From Acidimicrobiia bacterium (lineage in GTDB: Bacteria > Actinomycetota > Acidimicrobiia > Spongiisociales > UBA5794), in NCBI GenBank assembly GCA_051002015.1, contig JBPCMS010000078.1:1564-65563 (forward strand): 64,000 nucleotides of DNA, read 5' to 3'. Below the pieces are notes generated by a model. That model was not told where the DNA came from. It ran no database searches and saw only the letters and a list, made by a program, of their open reading frames with translations. The translations under genes and the position numbers were made by a program. Shown in pieces: positions 10,692 through 18,653 of this stretch. The stretch's first letter is position 1. Every line of letters starts with the position of its first letter.

Positions 10692-11999
10692 ATGCTGTCC
10701 GTTTTCCGCAACATGTTCAGGATCCCGGATCTCCGGAACAAGATCCTGTTCACGCTCTTCATCTTCGCCATCTACCGCTTCGGCGCCGCCATCCCGACGC
10801 CCGGTGTCGATCTGGAGCGGGTGCAGCAGTTCGCCGACCAGTCGACCAACAGCGGGTTCATCGGGCTGATCAACCTGTTCTCGGGTGGCGCGCTGGAGAC
10901 GCTGTCCGTGTTCGCCCTCGGGATCATGCCGTACATCACGGCATCGATCATCATGCAGCTCCTCGCCGTGGTCATCCCACGCCTCCAGGCGCTGCGGGAG
11001 GAGGGTGACGCCGGCCAGAAGGTGATCACCCAGTGGACCCGCTACATCACGGTCGGTCTGGCTCTGATCCAGTCGACGTCGTTCACGTTCCTGTTCCACT
11101 CCGGGCAGTTCACCGGGGGCATCGACCTGATCCCCGACTACACGGTGCGCAACGTGCTGACCATCATCATCACGATGACCGCGGGTACCGCCCTCATCAT
11201 GTGGCTCGGTGAGCTGATCACCCAGCGCGGCATCGGCAACGGCATGTCGTTGATCATCTTCGTCAGCATCGTCAGCCAGCTCCCCTCCCAGCTCGGGATC
11301 CTGAGGGCCAACTCCAACACGGGCCAGTTCGTCGCCGTGCTGCTGCTGATGCTGGTGCTGACGGTGGGGATCATCTTCATCGACCAGGGCCAGCGCCGGA
11401 TACCCATCCAGTTCTCCCGGCGGGTCCGGGGTCGCAGGATGCTCGGTGGCCAGAGCACCTACATCCCGCTCAAGGTCAACATGGCGGGGGTGATCCCGGT
11501 GATCTTCGCCACCTCGATCATGTACTTCCCGGTGCTGGTGGGATCGATGCTTCCGGCCACCGGGTGGGGTCAGGCGGTGCGCAACTGGATCGACAGCAAC
11601 CTGACCTCGGCCAGCGCCGGCGGGTTGTCGCCGACCCTGCCCTACATGCTGATGCTGGGTCTGCTGGTGGTGTTCTTCAGCTACTTCTACACCGCCATCC
11701 AGTTCGACCCGGAGCGCCAGGCGGACACCATCCAGCGCCAGGGCGGGTTCATCCCCGGTATCCGGCCCGGGCGGCAGACGGTGAACTACCTGCAGCACGT
11801 GCTCAGCCGGATCACCCTTCCCGGTTCGATGTACCTGATGGTGGTCGCCATCGCCCCCTCGTTCCTGGGGTGGCTGTGGAACATCCCGGTCGGGCTGTCC
11901 GGGGTCTCGGTCCTGATCGTGGCCGGGGTCGCCCTCGAGACCATGAAGCAGGTCGAGAGCCAGCTGATGATGCGCAACTACGAGGGGTTCCTCCGCTGA
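10692..11999 (+). CDS. secY: preprotein translocase subunit SecY
   Basis: 435 aa, multi-pass. LFALGIMPYITASIIMQLL...ITQRGIGNGMSLIIF... Confidence 0.97.
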   Translation: MLSVFRNMFRIPDLRNKILFTLFIFAIYRFGAAIPTPGVDLERVQQFADQSTNSGFIGLINLFSGGALETLSVFALGIMPYITASIIMQLLAVVIPRLQALREEGDAGQKVITQWTRYITVGLALIQSTSFTFLFHSGQFTGGIDLIPDYTVRNVLTIIITMTAGTALIMWLGELITQRGIGNGMSLIIFVSIVSQLPSQLGILRANSNTGQFVAVLLLMLVLTVGIIFIDQGQRRIPIQFSRRVRGRRMLGGQSTYIPLKVNMAGVIPVIFATSIMYFPVLVGSMLPATGWGQAVRNWIDSNLTSASAGGLSPTLPYMLMLGLLVVFFSYFYTAIQFDPERQADTIQRQGGFIPGIRPGRQTVNYLQHVLSRITLPGSMYLMVVAIAPSFLGWLWNIPVGLSGVSVLIVAGVALETMKQVESQLMMRNYEGFLR

Positions 12000-12571
12000 T
12001 GGGGAGGAGGCTGCTGTTCCTCGGGCCCCCCGGTGCCGGCAAGGGCACCCAGGCGGTGATGCTGGCCCGGGCGCTCGGGGTCCCCCACCTGTCCACCGGT
12101 GACATGCTGCGCCGGGCGGTGTCGGAAGGCACCGAACTGGGCCGGCAGGCCGAGGCGATCATGACCGCCGGCGACCTGGTCCCGGATGATCTCGTGGTGG
12201 CGATGGTGGGGGAGCGGCTGGCCGAGCCGGACGCCGCCTGCGGCTACCTGCTCGACGGGTTCCCCCGCAACGTGGCCCAGGCCGAGGCGCTCCGCGCCGG
12301 GCTCGTCGACGACGGCATCGAGCTGGTCGTGCTGCTCGATGTCGACGAGGACGAGCTGGTCACCCGGTTGCTGGGCCGCGCCGCCGCGCTGGGACGCACC
12401 GACGACAACGAGGAGACGATCCGTCGTCGCCTGGCGGTTTACCGATCCGAGACTGCCCCGCTGGCGGAGCACTACCCGGGGACCGGCGTCGAGGTGGTCG
12501 CCGTCGAAGGGACCGGCACCATCGGCGAGGTGTTCGCCCGCATCGTGGGCGCCCTCGCCGCCGAGCGCTGA
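11999..12571 (+). CDS. adk: adenylate kinase
   Basis: MGRRLLFLGPPGAGKGTQAVMLA...LLDGFPRNVAQAEAL. ATG overlaps the secY TGA. Confidence 0.96.
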   Translation: MGRRLLFLGPPGAGKGTQAVMLARALGVPHLSTGDMLRRAVSEGTELGRQAEAIMTAGDLVPDDLVVAMVGERLAEPDAACGYLLDGFPRNVAQAEALRAGLVDDGIELVVLLDVDEDELVTRLLGRAAALGRTDDNEETIRRRLAVYRSETAPLAEHYPGTGVEVVAVEGTGTIGEVFARIVGALAAER

Positions 12572-12597
12572 GACTCGCCCATGAAGGGTGCGACACG

Positions 12598-13377
12598 ATG
12601 AGCGGCAAGGTGATGACGATGAAGACCTGGGCCGACTTCGAGAGGATGCAGGTGGCCGGGCGATGTGTCGCTGCGGTGCACGCCGCCGTCCGGGAGGCCG
12701 CCGCCCCCGGTGTCTCCACCAGCGAGCTCGACGCCATCGCCGAGGCGGTGGTCAGGGCGCACGGCTGCCGACCATCGTTCCTCGGCTACCACGGCTATCC
12801 GGCCACGATCTGCGCCTCGCCCAACGCCACCATCGTCCACGGCATCCCCGACGGCTACCGCCTGGTGGAGGGCGATGTCCTGTCCGTCGACGCCGGCGCC
12901 ATCTTCGAGGGTTGGCACGGCGACGCCGCCTTCACCATGGCCATCGGTGAGGTGCCTCGCGCCGTCGCCCGACTGATCGAGGTGACCGAGGAGGCGTTGT
13001 GGAACGGGATCGCCCAGGCGCAGGCGGGCAGGAGGCTGGGCGACATCGGTCATGCCGTCGAGCAGACCGCCTCGCCGCACGGCTACGGCGTGGTGCGGGA
13101 GTACGTCGGACACGGGATCGGTCGTTCGATGCACGAGGCGCCCGACGTCCACAACTTCGGTGACACCGGCAAGGGGCTCAAGCTGAAGACGGGGATGGCG
13201 CTGGCCATCGAGCCGATGTTCAACCTGGGCGGCGCGGAGACGTTGACCCTCGAGGACGGCTGGACCGTGGTCACCGCAGACGGCTCGATCTCCGCCCACT
13301 TCGAGCACACCGTGCTGCTCACCGAGAAGGGCTCGATGGTGTCGACCCTGCCCGAACCGGTCCTGGTCGGCGCCTGA
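12598..13377 (+). CDS. map: type I methionine aminopeptidase
   Basis: HGIPDGYRLVEGDVLSVDAGA...GHGIGRSMHEAP...AIEPMF...HFEHTVLLT (metal-ligand motifs). In-frame ATGs at codons 6 and 8 are alternative starts. Confidence 0.95.
   Translation: MSGKVMTMKTWADFERMQVAGRCVAAVHAAVREAAAPGVSTSELDAIAEAVVRAHGCRPSFLGYHGYPATICASPNATIVHGIPDGYRLVEGDVLSVDAGAIFEGWHGDAAFTMAIGEVPRAVARLIEVTEEALWNGIAQAQAGRRLGDIGHAVEQTASPHGYGVVREYVGHGIGRSMHEAPDVHNFGDTGKGLKLKTGMALAIEPMFNLGGAETLTLEDGWTVVTADGSISAHFEHTVLLTEKGSMVSTLPEPVLVGA
13129..13369 (+). repeat. direct repeat copy 1 (inside intact map); the partner is 14914-15154
   Basis: 241 nt with 4 mismatches to the second copy, at an offset of 1785 nt. Confidence 0.95.
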
Positions 13378-13528
13378 GGGGACCGCGGAACGGCGCTCAG
13401 CGTCCCACCAGCTCCCGTCGTCGAGAACCACCTGCTCCAGCGGGTGGGTGGCCGGACCCTGGAGGACCGCCCCGTCGAGTCCGTAGCCCGAGCCGTGACA
13501 TGACAACCCGCCTCGGCACCGGCCGCCG

Positions 13529-13912
13529 TCATGGCAGGGAGAACCCGCCCACACGCACCACGAGGTCGCCGTCCGCCGGGTCGTCCTCGAAGACGAACAC
13601 CAGGTCATCCGAGGCGCCCCCGGCGAGGAAGTCGATCGTCTGGTCTGCGGTCACCGTCTCGTCTCCGATGGTCAGCTCGGCGACGACCTGGACATCGGCG
13701 GCGGTGGTGTCACCGTCATTCACGACCAGGACCGGGACGTGGAAGCGTGGACCCCTGGCCTCGACCTCCCCATTGACGGAGGCGTTCGGTGCCGCCGGCT
13801 CCTGGTCGCCGATGATCTGCCCGGCGATGAGCCCGACCACGCCGAGCAGCACGAGGCAAGCCACGAAGAACGTGACCCATTCGGCTCCGGTACGGGAGCG
13901 GGAAGCAGTCAT
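13529..13912 (-). CDS. small N-terminally membrane-anchored protein of unknown function (from memory, resembles the TIGR02588-type partner of TIGR02587 membrane proteins)
   Basis: MTASRSRTGAEWVTFFVACLVLLGVVGLIAGQI (one TM helix) followed by an acidic soluble domain. ATGA overlap with the upstream gene. The longer ORF-track N-terminus is rejected. Confidence 0.6.
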   Translation of the reverse strand: MTASRSRTGAEWVTFFVACLVLLGVVGLIAGQIIGDQEPAAPNASVNGEVEARGPRFHVPVLVVNDGDTTAADVQVVAELTIGDETVTADQTIDFLAGGASDDLVFVFEDDPADGDLVVRVGGFSLP

Positions 13913-14796
13913 ATCGCCAACCGTCCCGCCGCTCCCCCGATGGCCGCCGGCAACCCGAGCACCACCACCTGGCTCAGGGTCGCCGGCCATGGTCCCTCCA
14001 CGTTCTGGAAGATGACCAGCATCGACCACGACGCACCGAGCGCCACCAGGTAGGCGGCCACGGTTTCGCTCACCGGCCGTTGGAAGATGCCTCGCTGGGC
14101 GTGGCGTTGCTCTTCCTTGGCGAACCCGGCGACGAACACGATGCCATAACAGGCCAGCAGCGACAGCCCCATCAACCCCAGCAACCACGGTGGGTCGAGT
14201 GCGGACGCCAGCATCGGTACCTCGTCTGTGGGGGCGATGCTGAGCGACAGGAAGACGGCCCCGATGAGGGTGGCGCCGAGATCGGCGAGGGTGCCGTTCA
14301 TGCGCTCCGACCCCTTGGTGCCGGTATCACCGCCGCCGGCATCGTCTTCGTCGGATTCATCGCGACCACGTTGCAGGAAGTGGGCGGCTACCCCGATTCC
14401 GATGCAGAACGGGACGGACCCGTAGACGACCTGGCCAAGCCCTTCCTGCAGCGGCGTTCGACCGTTCAGCTCGCCCAGGAGGATGAGGATGACGGTGACG
14501 CTGAGGAGACCGATCGCCATCGCCTCGACGGTGTCCATCAGGGCGTCTCCCCACCGGATGTCACGGGTGGAGCGGAACCCGGACGTGCGGTTGAGGAGGA
14601 GCACGGGCACCGTGGTGAGACCGAGGACGACCAGCGTTTGACCCGGTCGGGTGCTGCTGCCCGTCGACCACACCTCCGTCGTGTAGAGCAAGGGGATGCC
14701 AAAGAGAAGGCCCCCGGACACGGCCCGGACGACATCGACCAACTCCTCCCGCCAAGGACCCCGACCGCCATCACCCTTCGACGGGCGGCGGCTCAT
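13909..14796 (-). CDS. polytopic integral membrane protein of unknown function (TIGR02587-like, tentative)
   Basis: MSRRPSKGDGG...GGLLFGIPLLYTTEVW... with 5-6 hydrophobic spans and an acidic loop (RGRDESDEDDAGGGD). The ORF-track N-terminus (to 15276) is antisense to the map fragment and is rejected. Confidence 0.65.
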   Translation of the reverse strand: MSRRPSKGDGGRGPWREELVDVVRAVSGGLLFGIPLLYTTEVWSTGSSTRPGQTLVVLGLTTVPVLLLNRTSGFRSTRDIRWGDALMDTVEAMAIGLLSVTVILILLGELNGRTPLQEGLGQVVYGSVPFCIGIGVAAHFLQRGRDESDEDDAGGGDTGTKGSERMNGTLADLGATLIGAVFLSLSIAPTDEVPMLASALDPPWLLGLMGLSLLACYGIVFVAGFAKEEQRHAQRGIFQRPVSETVAAYLVALGASWSMLVIFQNVEGPWPATLSQVVVLGLPAAIGGAAGRLAI

Positions 14797-14913
14797 GGCG
14801 CGCCGCCACGTTTCGCCGAAGGCGATACGACCGGGAGGGGCTTTCGGAAGCGCGGCATCAGGGTCGCTTACCCGAGTCGGTGGCCGTTGAATCCTTGGAG
14901 ATGAGGCCGGGCC

Positions 14914-15168
14914 ATGCACGAGGCGCCCGACGTCCACAACTTCGGTGACACCGGCAAGGGGCTCAAGCTGAAGACGGGGATGGCGCTGGCCATCGAGCCG
15001 ATGTTCAACCTGGGCGGCGAGGAGACGTTGACCCTCGAGGACGGCTGGACCGTGGTCACCGCCGACGGCTCGATCTCCGCCCACTTCGAGCACACCGTGC
15101 TGCTCACCGAGAAGGGGTCGTTGGTGTCGACCCTGCCCGAACCGGTCCTGGTCGAGGCCCGTCGCTGA
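14914..15168 (+). pseudogene. orphan 3' fragment of map (84 codons), second copy of the direct repeat
   Basis: MHEAPDVHNFGDTGKGLKLKTGMALAIEPMFNLGG...HFEHTVLLTEKGS is about 98% identical in nucleotide sequence to 13129-13369. It lacks the N-terminal 175 residues of Map. Confidence 0.9.
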
Positions 15169-15245
15169 ACCCGTCGACAAGTGGGACGTCGGTATGGACA
15201 GACCACGAGCCGGCCGGGGGAAGCGGCCCGACGAGAGAGGGGCGA

Positions 15246-15740
15246 TCAGGAGGTTCGTCCGGCGGCCACCCGCCACTCGTGATCGGTGGAAGCGCCGGCC
15301 TTTGTTGCCTCGAGAACTGCGTCGATCTCTTCCTGGGTGAGCTCACTGACCAGGCAGAACTCGTTGCCGAACGGGTCTTGCATGACGGCCCAGTCGAGCA
15401 CCGGTGGTTGGTCGCCGTGGGAACCGGGTCGCGGGTAGAGAGTGGGTGGCTTCTTGACCGATCCGCCAAGAGCAACGATCTGTTCGATGGCGCGGTCGGT
15501 CCCCTCGTTCGGAGTGAGGTCGATGTGTACTCGGTTGGTCCACCGACCTTTGGGCGCATCGACCACGTGAAGGATGAACTCGTGTTTCCATGGATCCTTC
15601 TGGCCCAGATAGCCGAAGCGACCATGCCAACCACTACGGGTTCCTATTATCTCCAGGCCGGTCAGTTCCGACCAGAACTCATAGCCAACAGTGAGATCAC
15701 CGACATCGATGACCGTGCAGCGGTATGTCCCTATCCCCAT
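15246..15740 (-). CDS. VOC (glyoxalase/bleomycin-resistance/dioxygenase-like) family protein
   Basis: 164 aa with HVVDAP...RVHIDL...DPFGNEFCLV motifs typical of glyoxalase-like domains. It starts 9 nt after the cupin gene. Confidence 0.65.
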   Translation of the reverse strand: MGIGTYRCTVIDVGDLTVGYEFWSELTGLEIIGTRSGWHGRFGYLGQKDPWKHEFILHVVDAPKGRWTNRVHIDLTPNEGTDRAIEQIVALGGSVKKPPTLYPRPGSHGDQPPVLDWAVMQDPFGNEFCLVSELTQEEIDAVLEATKAGASTDHEWRVAAGRTS

Positions 15741-15749
15741 CTACGGAAC

Positions 15750-16115
15750 CTAGCCGCCCATTTGCTGCCTTGCGTGCTCGCCGAACTGACGCATCGGTCC
15801 CACCGGGCCGACCTCGAGGAACACGACGACCTCATCGGTCCAGGCGGTGTGGCCGGCCGGCCAATAGTAGAGCTGGCCCGCTTGCGTGGTCTCTTCGGTG
15901 CCGTCCGCATGACGAAGGTGGATCGATCCTTCGAGGACTAGCCCCCAGTGGGGGCTGGGGCACCGGTCGCCGGGCAATCCTTTGAGCACGGGTGACAGGT
16001 CGGTGCCCGCAGGCACCCGTGCATATCGGACGGCCATCTCGCCCCATTCTGCATAGCGAGTGCTGAGCTCACCCTGCTCCAGCTCGATGGGGACCTCGTC
16101 GATCGTCTGTCTCAT
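15750..16115 (-). CDS. cupin domain protein
   Basis: 121 aa with HWGLVLEGSIHLRHADG...YYWPAGH beta-barrel motifs. AGGAGC RBS upstream of the ATG. Confidence 0.65.
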   Translation of the reverse strand: MRQTIDEVPIELEQGELSTRYAEWGEMAVRYARVPAGTDLSPVLKGLPGDRCPSPHWGLVLEGSIHLRHADGTEETTQAGQLYYWPAGHTAWTDEVVVFLEVGPVGPMRQFGEHARQQMGG

Positions 16116-16214
16116 TGTTGCTCCTAGTCCTCAGGCGGCTTTCCACGGGCTCGACGCAGCGGTCCGGTTTCCGGCGGCGACCCTTCCGAGTCCACCACCC
16201 CTCCTCTGCTATCG

Positions 16215-16253
16215 TTGCGAGTAGAATCTACTCGCCTTGCGAGTAGATGTCAA
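16215..16253 (-). promoter_or_regulatory. sigma-70-type promoter (TTGACA-N17-TAGATT on the minus strand) overlapped by repeated CTACTCGCAA/GCGAGTAG operator half-sites; putative PadR operator
   Basis: Minus strand reads TTGACAtCTACTCGCAAgGCGAGTAGATTCTACTCGCAA. It contains an 8-bp inverted repeat (16217-16235) and an 11-nt direct repeat (16215-16225 and 16237-16247). It lies about 100 nt upstream of the cupin ATG. Confidence 0.6.
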
Positions 16254-16421
16254 CAGGAAGATTATGCTACGGCACCCGCGCTACCGGCGTGCGGTAGTAC
16301 CCGTTCGGTTCGACTTCGGTCCAGACGAGGATCTCGAGGGCGCGCAGCGGTGTGACCGTGTATCCGCGGACCGCCAGGTCGCCACAGACGGCTTCGAGGA
16401 CGGGCGGCGCTTGGCGGCAGC

Positions 16422-17132
16422 TCAACCGGAGGTCTTGCCTCTGCCGCGATCCCGTATGCGCTCGAGCCGTTCCCTGGTCGCCGGCGTGATCGACGAATCG
16501 GTCGTCGACGGCCACTCGCTGACTTCGGCGGCGGCCGTGGTCAGGGATGCCTCGATGTCGACCAGGAGGGTGGTGGTGACATCGATGACGCGGGTGACGA
16601 CGTGGAGCCGTTCCGGGAACTGGGGACGATCGTGAACCACGAGGCGCTCATGGTCCGAGCCACCAACGCCCTCTTCGAGCATCCACAGCGGACCGCCCTC
16701 TTCGAGGTACTCGTCGACAAACCCGAGCAGGGTATCGAGCATCGACCGCGCCATCCGGGCCGTCGCCTCCATGGATCCGACCATGTCCTCGACGCTGCCC
16801 TGATCGCCGTAGAACATCCGGACGAGCCCCTCGATCTCGAGGCGAGGCTCTTCAGGTTCGGTGCTCAGCCACTCCTCCATGGCCCTCCTCCCCTCGGGAG
16901 TGATCGTGTACCGGTTTCTGTGCCGCTTGCCTACCGGCTCACGTTCCACGCTCGCCCAACCCAGATCGATCAGACGTTTCTGTTCCCGGTACAGGTGACC
17001 CTCCGAGGATGGCCACACGAACCGCAAACTGCGACGAAGCTGGTTGGTGAGCTCGTAACCGGTCCATGATCTGGCAGCAAGAAGCCCTAACAGCGCATAA
17101 GTAGTGGGAGAAGGCTGTTTCACCAGACCCAT
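16422..17132 (-). CDS. PadR family transcriptional regulator
   Basis: MGLVKQPSPTTYALLGLLAARSWTGYELTNQLRRSLRFVWPSSEGHLYREQKRLIDLGWA...GKRHRNRYTITPEGR is a winged-helix PadR signature. The ORF-track extension to 17807 overlaps the anti-sigma gene and is rejected. Confidence 0.85.
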   Translation of the reverse strand: MGLVKQPSPTTYALLGLLAARSWTGYELTNQLRRSLRFVWPSSEGHLYREQKRLIDLGWASVEREPVGKRHRNRYTITPEGRRAMEEWLSTEPEEPRLEIEGLVRMFYGDQGSVEDMVGSMEATARMARSMLDTLLGFVDEYLEEGGPLWMLEEGVGGSDHERLVVHDRPQFPERLHVVTRVIDVTTTLLVDIEASLTTAAAEVSEWPSTTDSSITPATRERLERIRDRGRGKTSG

Positions 17133-17134
17133 AT

Positions 17135-17151
17135 TACTCGCAATGCGAGCA
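17135..17151. promoter_or_regulatory. near-palindrome TACTCGCA-A-TGCGAGCA directly upstream of the PadR start; shares the half-site with 16215-16253
   Basis: Read directly. Only 2 nt separate it from the ATG (17132), which suggests autoregulation and a short or absent leader. Confidence 0.5.
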
Positions 17152-17203
17152 TTTGTGACCTGGAGGCGCCTCGGGTTCGCCGTTCCGGTGCGCCGCGGTC
17201 GGC

Positions 17204-17938
17204 TCAGCGGTCGACGGGGACCAGGCGCTCGGCGACGGCAAGCGCCTCGGCCAGCGTGGTGTCCGCCTCGATCCTGACCAGCACCCCGTGTCTGGTCGTC
17301 ACCAGGGTGCTTCCCGCCAGCCGGGCCCGGTCTCGTAAGGGGTTTCCCTCGGTGTCGAGCACGACCAGGGTGTGGGGGGCGCCCTCGATCCACAGCCCCG
17401 GAGCACCGCCGACCGTCACCTGCTGGATCTCCGTCCCGGAGCCGATCTCCTTGCCGATCAGGCCCTCGGTGGCGGTCCCGTCGAGCTGGGTGATCAGCAG
17501 CCGCCACCCATCGGTGGGCGACCCGTAGGCAAGGGTGACCATCCCACCGGGGACGGTGAAGTCGACGAACACCGCGTCCGGCTCGACCTGGTTGAGCCCG
17601 ACCAGGTTGAACGAGGCCGCCTCGGCGGCGTCGTCGAGCGTGGTGAGCTGGCCGAGGCTGCGTACGGTCGATGCCGGGGTGAGATCGGCGACCTGGGTTA
17701 TCTCCAGTGGGCCGATCCCGATGAGGTCGGCAACGGCCCTTCTGGTGGTGGGGATGACCGCGGTGAGGATGACGGCGATGGCGGCCGCCGCCGCCACCAT
17801 CCGCCACGGGGAGCGGCGGGGCACCGGCGGCGCCGCGATCCGATCGGTCACCGCCTCGACCAGCGGCGGGGTGGTCGGGAACACGATCTCGGACCGCAGC
17901 GAGTCGAGCATCGACCCGAGGGCATCGTGGGCGGTCAT
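17204..17938 (-). CDS. membrane-anchored anti-sigma-factor-like protein
   Basis: The N-terminal cytoplasmic segment is followed by one TM (WRMVAAAAAIAVILTAVIP) and an extracytoplasmic domain. ATGA overlap with the ECF sigma stop. Confidence 0.6.
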   Translation of the reverse strand: MTAHDALGSMLDSLRSEIVFPTTPPLVEAVTDRIAAPPVPRRSPWRMVAAAAAIAVILTAVIPTTRRAVADLIGIGPLEITQVADLTPASTVRSLGQLTTLDDAAEAASFNLVGLNQVEPDAVFVDFTVPGGMVTLAYGSPTDGWRLLITQLDGTATEGLIGKEIGSGTEIQQVTVGGAPGLWIEGAPHTLVVLDTEGNPLRDRARLAGSTLVTTRHGVLVRIEADTTLAEALAVAERLVPVDR

Positions 17939-18516
17939 GGCATCCTTCCCCCCAGATCGGTGCGGAGGTGCTCCATCGCCCTCCACAGCCGCGACTTCAC
18001 CGTTCCCTTGGGGATCCCGGCGGCCGCCGCCGTCTCCGCCTCGCTGAGCTGGAGGTAGTAGCGGAGCCCGACCACGAGCCGCTCACCATCGGGGAGGCGG
18101 TTGACGGCATCGAGCAGGGCTCGTCTGGTTTCCGCCGCCTCGGCCTCCTGCTCCGGGGTCAGGTCGGGGACGTCGGGGGCCAGTCGGATCGACCGCGCCT
18201 CGTATGCCAGCCTGCGACCAGACGACCGGCGTCGATTGCGGGCCTCGTTGGCGACGATGGTGAGCAGCCACGGCCGGAACGGGCGGCGCGGGTCGAACCG
18301 GTGGAGCGACACGTATGCCTTCACAAAGCCCTCCTGGGCGGCGTCCTCGGCGTCCGTTGCCGACCCGGTGACCAGGTAGGCCACCCGGAAGGCGAGCTGC
18401 TGGTGGATGGCCACCAGCCGGGCGTAGGCCGCCTGGTCGCCGTCCCGCGCCCTGGTCGCCAGCTCGACCTGGTCGGGTGGCGGGGCGTCATCGGCCGGGT
18501 CGAGCTCAGGGGGCAC
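17935..18516 (-). CDS. ECF-type RNA polymerase sigma-70 family factor
   Basis: AYARLVAIHQQLAFRVAYLVTGSATDAEDAAQEGFVKAY (region 2) and LSEAETAAAAGIPKGTVKSRLWRAMEHLR (region 4 HTH). GTG start. Confidence 0.88.
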   Translation of the reverse strand: MPPELDPADDAPPPDQVELATRARDGDQAAYARLVAIHQQLAFRVAYLVTGSATDAEDAAQEGFVKAYVSLHRFDPRRPFRPWLLTIVANEARNRRRSSGRRLAYEARSIRLAPDVPDLTPEQEAEAAETRRALLDAVNRLPDGERLVVGLRYYLQLSEAETAAAAGIPKGTVKSRLWRAMEHLRTDLGGRMP

Positions 18517-18653
18517 CGGAACGCCGTCGGCCGGTTGCCGCCGCCGATGCGACCCAGACTACGAGCGCCCCACCCTTCACGACGGATCCTCCTTGTGATC
18601 GTCCGTCGCCGTTGGTACTCCGCCGCGGTCGATCCGGTTCGCGGCGGCGGCGG

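Noticed and set aside
14914-15168. The 84-aa ORF could be an independent small gene.
   Set aside because: It is about 98% identical to the 3' end of map and lacks the N-terminal two-thirds of the enzyme (two of the metal ligands and the substrate pocket). It has no RBS. It is best explained as a duplication remnant.
16422-17807. A 461-aa ORF-track version of the PadR gene, and the 455-aa version of the membrane protein gene (13909-15276).
   Set aside because: The N-terminal extensions are Arg/Pro/Gly-rich and overlap other well-supported genes (the anti-sigma gene and the map fragment). Homology-like sequence begins only at the internal ATGs 17132 and 14796.
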